A DNA stretch of 64,000 bases from Laetmonice hystrix (GCA_965235115.1 OZ249436.1:32614001-32678000), one strand, 5' to 3'. Shown: positions 25,382-40,021, counted from the first letter of the stretch. Notes: generated from the letters alone by a model not told the origin. Numbers and translations: made by a program.

Positions 25382-28300
25382 AAACTGACTAACAACACCC
25401 ATGTTCTAAAATTAAAACATCGCTCTACAAAAGTTATATTCAACACTGCTGACATTTGTTCTTGTGGTCAATTTACCGATACTGCTTTAAGGGTGCTGAG
25501 ATCATCATGACCAAATAATACAGGATTCAAGCTCAACAAGCCCAACTACCGTTTCAGTAACCTTTAGATATTATCTATCTTGATCCTCTTTGGCCTTTGC
25601 TCCTTTGAATTTGAAGTAGGGACTGTAAATTATGTATAGATAGTACCAGAGGTAGCAGGAGTTTCAAAGTATTCTATTCCCTCTGCCTGGAGAGGTAAAC
25701 TATAGCCACGGTCAATACCCTTCCATCAATGCATGCCGATGCATCCTCGGCCTAATCATCTGCCAATGTCGAAACGATCAGACCAATTCCCTTTCTAGTT
25801 TGACAGATCATTCTTAATTTACTAGATCTTGCCTTTTCATTTCTTTTGGAAATACGAATGTAATGGTGGAATTTTTTGTTTTGTTTTTGGTCTGCAACAG
25901 GACAGGATATACCGTATTTAAACATGAAACAAAGGACAGTATGGTACTTAGTGTGTTTGGAATGTTGAGTTTGGGCTTTTAATCGTATCTGGAATGGTGA
26001 ATCCATAACGTAGTGGTTGCTGTTACAAATAAACCTACTTACTTGACTTGCAACATTTTCCATACATGTCACTGCCCTTAAATCACACTACAACACACTA
26101 AATATTTGTGCATTCATGTCCTTTGCTTTGGTAGATGGCACACAGTCACAGATCTATGTAGAGAATCCTTACTGAATCCCTTGACTCATGGATTCCATGA
26201 AGCAGGACACTGATCTAGTTATCACCCAGAGGAAAATGGGACAGCACAATCCTAATTACACTCACACTGAAACTGTTAACTATGAAGCCTGCATGACATG
26301 ACACCGCCTGTCGTACATCATGGACTTAATCATGACCCAGATAGACCTGCCCTGCTGCCGTTCTGTATTCATACCCCTGAGGAATGCCAATTTAATGACA
26401 TTCCCATTGCTGCCCGACCACCATCTCCCTAAAAACAGTCCACCATTAAAACTGACCAAAACTACAGGCACGCAGGTTCACCTAGCCTCCTAGGCTGGAG
26501 TCCACCACTGCCAGTTTCTGGACCTCCAATCTAACTCCCTCTCTCTCTCTGCTTCATAACATAAACCAGTTATGGTTCATAAATGGGTGTGACCTGGGTT
26601 AAAATATTCCATGACATAGCTTTTTTTTAGTCTTCTACGTATGTCATACAAGCATCCTTCTTTCCAAATGACCTAGGGCCTCCCATATTTGCCTGCTCCT
26701 TAACACACTCTTCCTAGAAAATAGAAATGGGCACCGTCAGAGTCACAGCCCCCAATTGGGTAGGGACTTATTATCTTTGGATAGATGAAATATGCATACT
26801 TTATATTTTTGAGATACGGTCCATGTGAAAACATCTGTGATATATGAATCCCAAAGAAACTCCCTGTCTTCATCAATCATTTGATTTGTACTTTTTGTAG
26901 TAAGTGGTTATCTAACTTATCTTGAAGCGTTTTCGAGATATGAATCATCGAAAATGTCCCTGACCTTCAATTGATTGACATCACACGGTCACTCAATGTA
27001 AACAGAAATATATAGCCCACTTGTTGCCCCTCATATGCCTTATCACCAAGTTTGAAAGAAATCCATATGATGCAGGGGTGGAAATAAAACTTTTATTAAA
27101 AGTTTTTAGGAACTAGCCAGATGGGCTAGTAAAGTAAAAAAAATCAACTAGCTTGTATGAAAAATTACTAGCCCACCTGATGGAAACGTCAGATACCCAG
27201 GTCAGATTGCTTGTCAGCTAGAATTTGTCATTGATTTTTGTCACTAACGTCAATCAGTGTCTTTCTGCATAGAGCCCCAGTCACCACATCCTCCCCCGAT
27301 CAGGGTTGAACCGCTTCCAGTGATTCACCCCCTCCCGCCTGCCCGCCTATTCTCAGAAACGCGTAGCTCGCAGCGCCATCTGTTTTCCACCTTCTACGGT
27401 ACCCCGTAGACCAATCAGATTACAGCACTGCCTGAGGCACGATCAATAAAAATTAGCGTGTATTTCTGGTTAGCCAATAGGAACGTCCCCGGCCCACAGG
27501 CCGAGAGCGACAGCCAGCGACAGCGCTAGCGACACTGGGCCGTGAGCAGGCCAGTGTAGGCCTAATGTTTGGATGCCATCATGCCAGTGCGAAGCGACGA
27601 TGACAGGGGAGCTAAACTTTGGAAATTCGCGTGTTAAACCGTATCAAGACAGAGTGGTACAAACTTTATTGTTAGGGAGGGACACATTTGTTTATCAGCG
27701 AAATGGGCAAAGCTATTGATCAGGCATTTTTGCGAGAAGTAAGCCTTCGGTGAGGACCGTTAGTGCAGGTGGAACGACGACAGGTCCTATTCATAAGGGT
27801 CAACTTCTGCCCAGTTAGCCTGGGCTGGGCTCAAGGGGTAGAATGCAGGATGCCCCTTGACAACTCAAGATGCAGTCACCACTGATAACTGTCATAGTGG
27901 CAAAGAGCTGAACCGACTCATACTGTGAGTCACGCACATGTTATGACCATACCAAACGGAAGTTTATGACACAGTGCAGCTATCAGAATGAATTCAAGAT
28001 CAGGACAGTGCACCATTTACGGTCTCTATATGATAGCAGTAGTCAAGGCTCAATATAATTTCCACATGGCTTGGAGCATTTTTGATAATTTGAGCGAAAA
28101 AATTTCCTGCCTCTGTAAGATTGTGTATATATACATACAATTGAGTCAAATCTTCACACAAATAACCTGTTTTTATTTTAGTCTTTCAGGCTCACTCTTG
28201 GATGCTTCCAGGCTCATACCCTTCTTGGACCTCCTCTCTCAATATCACATGGACGATGGTATTTCACACTCTCCTAGGTCCCATCATGTTATGCAGTATT

Positions 28301-29738
28301 AGAGTATCTGCCCTGTCCTTCAAAGCACTCCACTGGTTCCTGGCTCTTTCGTAGTGGGGCTTTTTACTGCTCTGTCTAGCTGGGTTTTTTTTTACAGACA
28401 ACTGTACAGAGAACATAGAGTTTATGTCTGTACATGTATGTTAAAAGAAAAAACTTGTCAAAAATTACATTTCAACAGCACAGGCCTCTATGTAGCCTAC
28501 ATACTAACTTTTCACAGTAGCGTCCGGAAGTAAATTCCTCCCCGTTCCGAAAATTTATATGTCGAACATGATATTTTCATAAAAATCACCCGCTTTATTA
28601 GCGCTGCAATTGTGGTTCTGTCCAGAAGTCTGCTGACGTCACAGTGTCTTATAGTTCCTGTCTATCTCTATTTGCGCATGCTGCTGTCTGGAGGCTGGAC
28701 AAGTAGCACACAGACAGGGAGGGAGGGGGTCGGCCTGGTGGTGTGGGCCGGGTGTCCGAGTACGCAACTGCCTGATTGACGGGTGACTGCAACCTGCAGG
28801 GCTGGGTCAGCACATCTACTGAGGCTCCGGTCAAGTGGCGCTTATAGTAGATGCGCTGATGTCGCAATTTCTCCCGATTCCTCATCACTAGCGATGGTTT
28901 TCCTTCTAGGTTCTAACAAACATGTCTGTAAACTGAGAAGACTGACTGCTGGTCGGCAGCCTGCCGTTGGGCCACCACAGAGCTCTGCCACTGGGCTGTG
29001 TTGCCCATTTGTTTATGTACGTAACGTCACAATGTGTGTTACGTTCTTTGACGCGGTGTCACTACTCGGCCTGCCAGCCAGCCCGCCTGACTGTCATAGG
29101 CCTGCCATAGGCGTATGGCTACGGTAGATCTACGAGTGGACACTTACTTCGAATGACTTTGTATCCATAGACCTTACTAAAATAGCACTTCAAATGTATG
29201 AGGCTATGACATCAGCATCTACACTACAGTAAGTCTCCATCTTCTAGTTCAGACTCTGAACATCACTGTCATGCATGCCCACTACAGACCTGCCAACATT
29301 ACCAATTTTTTTTGCATCAACATTCAGCCCCATGCCCAGAGAGGTAGTTCTACCATAGAAATGTACTGGCATGCTGCTGATAATGTTTTAAAATGTGGAT
29401 CACTTCAAATCGCTGCATTGTCAACATAACCCATGAACTTTAAATGACATAGAACATCTAGAGGAACAAATTTCTCAGTGTAGAGCCCTGTAGCATGCAT
29501 GCATTATTTGTGATGGAAAATAGGATTTAAAGTCAGAAAATCTTTTATTCTGGCTCATCTGAGGCCGGTTTTACTAAAGGTTGAAAATAAAGACGTCGAT
29601 AATTTAATATAGAAATGAATGGGTGGCTAGGTCGAAAATAACGTCCTATTTTCTATATTTTCTTCACTTTTACCCAATTCTGACCTCAACATTTTATTTT
29701 CTCGGTATTTTTACCCATAACAAAATGCCATTAAATAG

Positions 29739-29982
29739 GGTCGTGCTAATTGCTGTCCGGAGCCGTCCAGAGCAGTCCGGATACCGTCTGGATACAGCCC
29801 AGCCGTCCGGACAGCCCAATAGTCCCACAGCCCACTTTGGCTGTCGAACCAATGGAAGAATATAACTAACCCTAAACCTAACCTTAACTCTAACCCATAG
29901 GGTGTCTGACCAATGGGCTGTCTGACCAATGGGCCTACAACCCACCGTGTCCGGACGGCACTGGACGGCAATTAGTAGGACC
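29739..29982. mobile_element. MITE-like element with an internal telomere-like TAACC repeat module
   Basis: Imperfect TIR GGTCGTGCTAATTGCTGTCC / GGACGGCAATTAGTAGGACC; internal TAACCCTAAACCTAACCTTAACTCTAACCC. Confidence 0.6.
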
Positions 29983-30712
29983 GATTGAATACAAATATGG
30001 CTGGGCACCAACTCAGAATTGCCAGGCCCCAAGAATCCTAATAGTAATATGGGGTGAAACTAGGTGCCCAACAGGGCACCAAGCCTTCGGAAAGTTTTTC
30101 GACCCCTGGCCCTGGTTTTTAGTTGGTCATTTTACCAATCTTAATTTTAAGACTGCCTTGTGTTATGGTTTCTCATTGGCTGACTTCATTTAAAGGACCA
30201 ATCAGAAGCTCTGAAACAAGAATTCAATCTTAAGATTTGCATCTTAAGACTCAGTTTCCAAACTAAAAACCGGGCCCAGCTACTGTGGCCAGTGGGTCCA
30301 CACTCAATCTCAATAATGTCACTACACTACACGACTCACTAGTCAGTCAGAGTCACAGTGAGTAACGGGTGCCACACGACTTCAATGTTATTTTGTCTCT
30401 GGACAGTGAACACTCTATAGTGTTCTGTAACCATGCGTATGACAGGCTTTCCAATTCAGATGTTGAAATTGTTTAATCAATCGGTCAAATCCAGTGGAAA
30501 CTACACCGTGTTTGACTGGGCAACTTCGCTCCTGAACCAGGAAGACCGCACTTGATTGTTTTGCTCCCAGAACCTGAGAACATGTCATGAGAGATAATTC
30601 ACGTCACGCAACTTAACCTCAAAGAACTCTTACAAAAATTAATCAGATGCAGCTATCGATTTCTGCCATACTTAAAATTGAATTAAGGAATGCATGTAAC
30701 TAATTGTCTTAC

Positions 30713-30800
30713 CTGACTATAGATTACAAGCCCATATAATTACTAATATCACCGTCACTGTTCCACTTTTCTGGAACCACACCAAAGATGGAGGACTCGC
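30713..30800 (-). other. GRB2: Probable non-coding first exon of GRB2 (5' boundary approximate)
   Basis: Minus-strand donor CAG|gtaaga at 30712, next to a CpG-containing promoter; it would splice to the acceptor at 24050, 20 nt before the ATG. Confidence 0.55.
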
Positions 30801-31011
30801 CACAGCCTGTGGCTCTCGCACGCGCGTTATTAACTACGAAATCGTATTTTTAGAAACAGATCGAAGATTATTACAGATAATTAATTTGATTAGTTTTTTT
30901 TATTAATCACTTGATAACGTTACCTCGTTTTTGTTATAAGTTATAAAATAAAATTATTGTAAATCTTTAGTTCTCCCATAGTGCCTCGCGGCCGGAAATA
31001 AACATTGAAAG
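30780..31011. promoter_or_regulatory. Probable bidirectional promoter of GRB2 and UCP4
   Basis: Divergent genes about 200 bp apart; YY1-like AAGATGG (~30786), ZNF143/Staf-like CTCCCATAGTGCCTCGCG (30973-30990), ETS-like CCGGAAA (30992-30998). Confidence 0.6.
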
Positions 31012-34000
31012 ATGAAAGGAAAAGATGAAGCGAGAAAGTCATTTCTATTTAAGTACCTTCTTTCGGCTTGTGCAGCCACGGTTGCTGAAACTGGTGAGCA
31101 GTAACTTTCATGGAAAAAGAGCTTTCACGCATTTTGCATCGTCATATCATGCCAGTCCAGGCTTTTATTTTTCTCGACTCGTTTGCCACGTCAAGCGCTG
31201 CTAAGCCTGCTACACAGTAACACACTGCCTACACTCGCACTACAGAGCCAGCCTAAGCCAGGCTAAGGCTAGGTCGACAACACTCAACAACAGACAAACA
31301 CAAAGTTCACAAACACTGACAGAGTCAACACTGTTTATCAATATCAGTGTCATTAACTAGCCAGGCCTAAGCCCTGAGCTGTAGCAGTGCTGGCCACGGG
31401 CACGGGGGGGGGGGGGGGGGGGTTACTCGATCTGGAACCGGTACAGTGGTAGTGCCTACGGCACTACGCAGCCTAGTGTAGTGGGGTAGCCAGTCAAACT
31501 GTCACACGGTTGAATCGTCACACCCGTTTTTCTGCTCATATCTAGGACATGAGACTTGCACTGTTGCACGCCTAGTGTCCTAGATATGCAAATGAGCTGA
31601 AATAACCTCGAAACGCATCACTCTGGCACCTAAACGATTGTTACGTCACAATTCCCCCATTGGTTTAACATAAGATGAGAAAACACGCTTTCAAACATCG
31701 ACCAGATTTTTTGTTAATTTTGACATCTAAACCATGAAACGCATTTTTTCATACGTAAAACAGGTTGGTGCTCTTGTTTTGTAAGGTACAACAATGAATG
31801 CACCCTAACAATGAAATGATAATATTTAGAAGTTGACAGCTGACGGCTCCTATGGGAGTCACAATGCTAAAGTGACAAGACTGTGATCGCGTGGGTGCCA
31901 AACGTCTCAGTTCTCGACATTTCTTGTGCTGTGTCGTGACCTACTTGTGTCCCCTATTGTCGGCAACGAATCGTAGGGTCATAGCGTATATCATACCCAG
32001 TCGTGAGTCCTAAGCCCATTAGCCAATCCGAGCAGCCCTATAAGATCATGTAACACAGACAATTTGTTTTATTGGGTGGCGTATTTGTGAGAAGGCCATG
32101 GTCGCTGCCAGGAATTTTTCCTGGGGGGGCTGATATGGAGTTTGGGACAGGGCCAGCGAGAGGGGTACGGGTGGGCCCGGGGCAGCTCCACAGCATGGCC
32201 TAGAGAGGGAAAGGAGGGGGTAAATTTAGGCCTAGGTATGATTGGTGGGCCCCCGAAAAAGGGTGGGCTCCCGCTCTAACTCTTTAAGGGGGGGGGGGGT
32301 GTATGCCCCCCTTGGCCTACACTCTCATTGCTAAGGCTGTAGGCCTGCCACCATTTTCGGAACAAGATTGATGACCGCTAGGAGCAGTTGTCAGGACGTT
32401 GTTATGTGTCTCACCTCCTGTCGGGAACAAAATCATGGAATTTTACCTGGCAAGGAAATCTGTGGTCAAACACAGTGAATCTACTGCTCCTATTTCAGGG
32501 TAAATCACCCACCCAGTAAATACTGTACATAAAAAAACTGTGTTTCTACTCGAACAATCCAAGGAACATCCCAGAGACAGAGTTGAAAAGAGAAATAATA
32601 TTGAACTTATCGTCAGGGTCATTTCTCCACAAACATACCAGGCAGTCATTGCAAACTTTGCTGTCTGAATCAGGGAATGCAAAATTTGATGTGGTGCCCA
32701 CACCGAGCACATCATCCATACCATTCATCACCTATAAACTGCCTTATTTTTCAATTAGTGGTTGTGTGTAAGATTTTTGTGATATCCAGGTCCTTGCTGT
32801 TTAAGGCACACCATGGTGCTTGCGTGCCATCACGCCTAAAATCTGCACTAGGGGGCACCATTTTGGCGCCCCTAACTTTTTCAGCTATCAACAAGATTTA
32901 AAGTTTTTCCCAAGTTTTCTTTTCTGTACAACAATTGTCCCGTCCATAATATTATAATGTTTTCTCAATAAAGAATGAAAATGGTATATTTTTAAAATCA
33001 CCCTAGCTACATATCCACTGGACCTGACAAAGACACGCCTTCAGATACAGGGTGAAGGTGGACATGGAAGTTTTACTGTCCAGCACAGAGGGTTCTTCCA
33101 TACAGCATATGGAATTGGTAAGTTATCCAACTGTTATATTATCTTTCTTTTTCATAAAACGGTTCTGATTTCAATTACGTTGTACTGGTATATGATTTTA
33201 GCTGTGGAGGATGTTCTGGCTTATTGTAAACATCATGTGACTTGTACAATTATTTAGAAAACCAAGTGTAGCATTTGGTTAACCAGGGCTTCAGATAATA
33301 TTTTAGTACCCATCCTCAACAAGTGTTGCGTATTTGACTTCTAACTTCCAACTTCCAACTGACCTGCATGACTGATTGTGTTTGCTAATGCTGGGAACAA
33401 CTGAAACCAACAACTTATAGTATTATCCAGTTGGCACCCTACTGGCAAGGTGCCAACGTGTTCAGCTGTTGGCACCCAGTCAGTGCTTGCTGACCACTGC
33501 AGACCATTAGAAGCCCCCTCCCGACCATATTTGACGCTCAGTGCAGAAGGATTCCGCGTATGAAAAGCTTTTATTATGCAATACTGATGCGTTTTTGACG
33601 ATAGGGTCTTCAAAATTACTGCGTATTTCCACCACTTCAGTGCGTAAATACGCAAATACGCACCTTATCTGAAGCCCTGGTTAACCTTTTCATAGATGGA
33701 AAAGCAATCATTTGATAAGTACTCTCAGAAGGAAGGACTTTACAATAAACTGCAACCCAAGCAGGGTTCAAAGACTCTGAATGAGGATTGTGTTTCCACA
33801 TTGATCTATTCAAATGTATTGTTGATGTATTTTGAAGGTCAGTCCTGATATTTTTGTGCTGACATGTACATGTATGTATTTTAATCTTGTATTGTAATTA
33901 TAAGATATTCACAACTCCAAGGTAAAAATTATAAAGCAAGGGATTACCAGTATCTTAACTTTGAAAAAAATTGTTATTTCAGTAAAAGAAGAAGGAGTTA

Positions 34001-37000
34001 GGAAGCTTTGGCAGGGAGTTACTCCAGCAGTCTATAGGCATATAGGTAACACTTTCCTACCATATCATCTATTTTATCAACAAACAGTCCATCATTTATC
34101 CTATCAACTCTTATGCATACATACAAATCTAACTTTTAAATAGTAATTTTCCCCCTTGAAAATAACCTTAATAAAAGAAACTGCAGTTGTGATTTTATTA
34201 CAGTTTACACAGGCTGCAGGATGGGTTTCTATGAGTGGATTCGTGAAAATGTTCTCGGAAAAAATGAAGATGGCACATACCCTTTTTGGTAGGTAAAAAA
34301 TTCTGAAAATCTTTTAATGTACATTACCTAAAATCTTTTAATGTAATCAAAATAAATAGAGAAGATAGTATGATGTTGTGGCCTTTGTAGAGTTATTCAG
34401 ACTTTGTGTCGCTGTCCCTTATGTCATCACATTGGCATGCAGGAAGGCAGTTGTGAGTGGCCTGGCTGCTGGAGGTATGGCCCAATTTATCGCTAGTCCA
34501 ACAGATCTTGTCAAAGTTCAAATGCAGATGGAAGGAAGACGAAGGCTGGAAGGCAAACCACCAAGGTCTAAAACTCTAGTAACATTTACTGTAAATCCAG
34601 AATATTCCTGCTGCACCAAATCTTTCCTTTCTTTAAAAATGCAGCATGGGAGAACATTTTCATGATGCAGAGTGAATTTGGGACATGTGAAACCTAATGC
34701 TTATCGGCACTCTTTATATTTGAATGATGGCTGGTGCAAAATTATTGTTTCAATATTGATGATTGTGTATTTCAGAGTTTTGAACACTATGCATGCCTTC
34801 AAGACCATTCTCAGGGAGGGAGGCGTACGTGGCATGTGGAAAGGATGGGTTCCAAATGTTCAGAGGGCAGCCCTGGTCAACCTTGGAGGTACACAATGAA
34901 ATACATACAATGTATACGTGATGCATAATCGGTAGGCTTCTCTCCTGTAAATCCTTTCTTTTGAAAGGTATGGCAATGTTGTACATAGTATTCTTAGCAC
35001 CTGCTTTTAGACCAGACTTAAAGTTACACCAAAAATTTCTTAGATGCTTACCGTTGAACCCCAGGGACACCATGTTAACATGTATAGTGTGATAAGCAAA
35101 CATGTTAAAAGTGGAATGGAGATATGTCTTTGTTTGCTTCCACTTCGATTCCGTTGCCATACGCTGTGATTTATAAATAGATTACCGCTAGTTCCTAGCC
35201 TGCGCTGGCTTGAGAAAATAGTGGAAGGGCAGTAGGATAACATGGAAGCCTTACATAACTCATGTTTTGCTTATTGCTTGAACCTGCAATTTTAACATCC
35301 ATGGTGTTCAGTGGTAAGTGTTTGAGGAATCTTTGGTGATGCTATAATTGATACGTTGGTTTACAGGCCCACTGACTATAGATTTCCGAAGGTCAATTTT
35401 GTTTATTTTTTCATGCCAATGATGCCTGTTGCAATGTCAATATTAGGAGCTTTGGCTCATGACCACAGTCCTGACCTCTCACCTCTGGGTTCAAATTCTC
35501 CTCGAGCCTGATGTGAGCAGGTTTAATTGTCAGTTTCGCACTGTAAGGTCTATGGTTTTCCCTGGATTTGCCTTTTTTCTTCTATTTCAAGAAACTGTTC
35601 ACATTCAAACCATTTTTTTAACACCTATTGACCTTAAATTGCCAATGCCTCCTTGTAGAGCTTGTTCTCTGTCCAAAAATGCCTGTAAACTGAACTTTCA
35701 ATTTAAGTCTGGCCTGACATATTGACTACAATGGATTTTACGTAGCCTTGCTGAGATGCTCAGTGTCAAAGCACGTCAGAGCTTATCCAGTATGGTTCCA
35801 TAATTTAAAAGCGAATTGTCTTTTATAAAGTACTGGATGTTCACACAGTAGAGCATATCTTTTGGGTAGATTGAATCATTTCTATAAGCCTTCATGGATG
35901 ACTTCTTGGTTTTTGAACAGATCTGGCAACATATGACACAGCCAAGCATCAGATATTAAAACGTACCAACCTTAAAGACAACTATGTGACACATGGACTA
36001 GCAAGGTATTTTTACTTGAATAACTGTCTCCTTCAAACTTCATGAGGAATTTTAACTACGGGTATATTCAACGGTAGCATTTATCTAAGAACCAAACCTT
36101 TACCAGCAAATGCAATTTTTTTTCTACCAGTCGTGGATGAATATCCACATCAACATGAAAAATAGCATTTATCTAATTTATTTAAAGTAATGTCCCAAAA
36201 TACTGACATTGTTGAGTTAAAAATTTGTTATTAGCCTTTAATAAACCAGTCAGCTCACCTGTTTTTACCTTTTTTTAAAAACTATTTAGTCCTATAACAA
36301 GAAAGAGTAGGCCTATAGTTAACATCTCTAAGTAAAATATTTCCTTTGTCATTCTTAACATTAAAAAACATTGACCCCATGTATGAAAACAGGACTCATT
36401 CCAGTTTATTCATATAAACATCCACAGGTTGTCATCATGATCATTTTTCTATTTAAGCGGATGTTCTGGCTTGATCTCAGCTGTTCTGGGGACGCCTGCT
36501 GATGTGGTTAAAACCCGGGTGATGAATCAACCAATAGATAACTCTGGAAGGTCAGTTTGGTCATGTGCACTAATAGCCCTTTCACACTGTAAACCGAAGT
36601 GAAGCAAAGCGAACCGTTGCGAACCGTCCTGCAGAATCCACACCATTCACACTAATCACACAGAATCACACACACAGGCCTCGAATTACACGACGGCATC
36701 GACGGCAATTGCCGTGGTGCCCCTTCCATTTGCTGTGGTGCCCTCCTATTTTTTGCCCCATCGACGGCAGTCCAGTGCCGTGGTGCCCTTTTCCCTTGCT
36801 ACCATGTGCCCTTCAGCTGTAACCAGCCATCGCCAAATCATTTCTGACATCGATCCCCTCGTGATCACCAACACCACTAACCTAAAGTGTGAAGGTTCCT
36901 TGTTTTACTGTTAAGCCAGACATGCGAGGTTTGGTTTTGAAGAAGTAAATTTGCCGTGGTGCCCTTCTAAACTTGTTGAAAATGCCGTGGTGCCCTCCTT

Positions 37001-38269
37001 TAAACAAGGCCCTCGACGGCAATTTTTGCCGTGCCCCTTTTAACTTCTAATTCGAGGCCTGCACACATCAATGCCCATTCCCCAATTCGATTCTGTTCAC
37101 ACTACATACAGTAGAATGCAGTTCTTTTCACACTAGAAGTGAAGAGCGCACTCTTCTTAGTGTTGTAATGGGTAGTGCTTTTTTGTTTTAAGCCACTACA
37201 ACTTTTACCACCTTCACCTTCAAAATGCGCTTCGCTTCACTTCTGTACCTTTCAGACTAGCTGCAAATGGCGGAGTGAAGCGAATCGTATTCTAGAATTT
37301 GGTAGAGGATGCGAATTCTAGAATTCGGTTCGGATGCAATTTGATGTGCATTAAATGCGCTTCGATGCGCATTGTGGGTGTAGTGCGAATGGTGCGAATT
37401 CTAGAATGTGCATCAATGCGCATTCTCGGCAGTAGTCTGAATCTAAAGATCATGGAACAACACATTGGAATATAAATGCCAAGCACTTTTTCATGGATTG
37501 CAAAGTTACTTTGAACATTACACAGCTGGCTTTCATCAATAGTTTAGAGAAAATCGAAAGATATTTCTGTATGAAATTTCCGAAAACTCTGTTTGTTATT
37601 GTTTTAATGCCTTGCTTTCTTGGCTTCAAGAGGTGTCTTAGCTTGCCCAATTGGGAGACAATAGTTTAAGACTGGTTTCTGCACTTTTTTTGAGGTGTAA
37701 TTTAGAAAGGAATTTTTTTTCTATGATCGCATCATGGTGCTTTGTATAATATTATACTGTTTTATCCCATGTTTTTAAAATTCTTTTTAATTTTTTTTAT
37801 ACAAGATAAAGCTTGTTATGTTGTTTGTTGTTACGATATTTTTTAATGTTGTTGATCATTGTGGTATTTTACAGAGGGGTCCTGTATCGCTCATCATTAG
37901 ATTGTCTTATGAAGACTGTTCGCCAGGAAGGTGTAGGTGCCCTATACAAAGGCTTCCTTCCTATATGGGCAAGAATGGTAGGCACACTATGTATTCTTTG
38001 AACTGTGAAACATTAGAGAAAATATCTCTTTGCTTATAGGAGACATCAAATTAGCTATTTAGATCAGTTTTGATTGTATGCCAACACTTTATTCATGCAC
38101 CATTTTTCCTACTGATAAATTCTACTGTCTGATTTATTTCTATATTATAATATCCTATTTTTGCATACATAAATTTTGAGCTTTCATCCTGTTACAGGCT
38201 CCCTGGTCCCTGACCTTCTGGTTATCTTATGAAGAAATCCGCAAGTTGACAGGCACAGCCTCATTCTGA
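31012..38269 (+). CDS. SLC25A27: Mitochondrial uncoupling protein 4 (SLC25 carrier). Exons 31012-31093, 33007-33117, 33983-34045, 34204-34288, 34443-34565, 34776-34888, 35921-36005, 36458-36550, 37875-37977, 38198-38269
   Basis: Three carrier signatures ([53 protein letters not shown]) plus UCP4-type [23 protein letters not shown] and [27 protein letters not shown]. Confidence 0.95.
33284..33679. mobile_element. MITE in a UCP4 intron
   Basis: TIR CAGGGCTTCAGATAA / TTATCTGAAGCCCTG; GTTAAC on both flanks. Confidence 0.85.
35022..35343. mobile_element. Kolobok-like MITE, copy 1
   Basis: TTAA|AGTTACACCAAA ... TTTGGTGATGCT|ATAA; colinear with 40639-40929. Confidence 0.7.
35440..35595 (+). mobile_element. 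Degenerate tRNA-derived SINE-like remnant (boundaries approximate)
   Basis: B-box-like GGGTTCAAATTC followed by an ATGTG...GGTTTTCCCTGG...TT core of the kind seen in metazoan SINEs; no intact cloverleaf. Confidence 0.4.
36675..37061. mobile_element. hAT-like MITE nested in an older repeat (approx. 36575-37443)
   Basis: TIR CAGGCCTCGAATTA / TAATTCGAGGCCTG, internal GCCGTGGTGCCC repeats, flanks CACACACA / CACACATC; a shorter relative lies at 50009-50150. Confidence 0.8.
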
Positions 38270-40021
38270 TGTTGACATAATGGACGTAAAAGGATGTTTC
38301 AGAACTCGAGTTGACTTCAGTCCATTCCGAGTTGTACAGTAGGCCAATTACTGATTACAGAATCCTCTGGTGTGACCACTGATGCCTAAAGAGATGGTGC
38401 CTTAATATCTAAGATTAAGAAAGAAAAGTGGCTTTTTGGGGGTTCGTTTTCACTTTTATTAATTGAGAAAGTACCTTATTGATTGAATGAATGAGCTACT
38501 GGCAGTAGTAGCTTGGAAACTATGTATGTATTAGTGGTCAAAATACAGCAGTACCCCAGACTGGTGTGTTACACAGGACAATTGTGTAGAGTACATGTGC
38601 AGAATTTGATAACAAACTAATTGTCTGGTGTATGGTCTGTATGATCTTGTCGTCCAAGGTCAACCACATCGGTGGTTCCATGTCAAACTGCATTACAAGA
38701 CAAATGGGTATGTTCTGACGTTGCAGACCTAGAACTACATGTACATGTACATATTTTCTTGAGTCAATTTTATCAACGGGTATGCTGTACATAGTGATGT
38801 GAACATTGATCAGCTGTGATTAGACAAGGCTGCAGTGATTTTCAAGAGTCTGTCTGGCCCCGGGTGTTAATATTACTGGGGAGGTAGTAAAAATGTTTGA
38901 ATTTGCAAATAATTGTGCGAGTTATGTTCCTGAAAATAATAATTTGGTAACCGAGGTATCAAATCTAGTGAAGAATGGTGAGGGGCCAAGGGTGAGATCA
39001 TTGATTTTATTTGATATGTGTACAAGGTAAATAATTTTAGGGATTTATTATGCAAAAGAAATTCCTTTAAATCCATTTTTCCCAGACTTTGGAAAGTTGG
39101 TTTAATTTTTGTTTATGAAAGATTATTGAAAAACAAAGGTTGAAAAAAAGACAACTACACAACGCCTCTTGTTTACACAGTATCCCAACGCTTTGCCGTT
39201 CTGCTGTGTCCATTTAAAAATGAAAATCAAGACTGTCCCATTAAGGAAGGAAATCAACTGAATAAAATTCCTTGGGCCCCACAGCCTCTCCCATTTGGGA
39301 AACTGTATTTGAGACGTGCGATAATCATGATGACCTACCATACATATCAAAGATGTCTTAATTATAAATACAGCAATGCTTCAAGTTAGTTGGTATCTAT
39401 ATACGTGTAGCATAGATTTATTCATGTGACTACAACCCAAGATACATTATCAATGCTTGGAAGTAAAAGGACAAGTTGTGATACCCAGAGTAGAAACCAT
39501 TCAGGGTAACGTAAGCCTCGAAGTGACCAGTTGTTAAAGAATGAAATGTAGCAGATGTGTTTTAAAGTCACTGACTTTGCTTTTGTTATAAAAATGTTTT
39601 GTTAATACGCTGGCACAGATGCTATGGAAATTTGTTGAATCTTGTTAAAAATTACTTCGTTCTTCCTTGGTTATCAAAAACCGGGAAGTAATGGATGTTA
39701 TGCCCAACCATGACAGTAAATTAAGCATAATATCCACCATAGTTCCAGATACTGAACTTGCTTGGCGAGACTAAAGCTAAGTCTGTGATAAAATAGAATA
39801 AATGGAAACATACCGATAGGTCTGGTCTACTCCAGATTCCATATGTGATCTACGGGTAACTCCTACTCAGTTACATTTGCATGTGTACATACGGTGGTAT
39901 TTGTGGCCACATTTTGGCTCTGATTCTGCCGAATTTTGTGACAATAACGAACCTATGGTATTTCATGTTGGTATTTAATTGTGGATTTGGATTTAAGTGT
40001 GTTTAATCTGAAGGTTCTCTC

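Noticed and set aside
35440..35595. tRNA gene
   Set aside because: Only a B-box-like motif; no acceptor stem or cloverleaf can be formed
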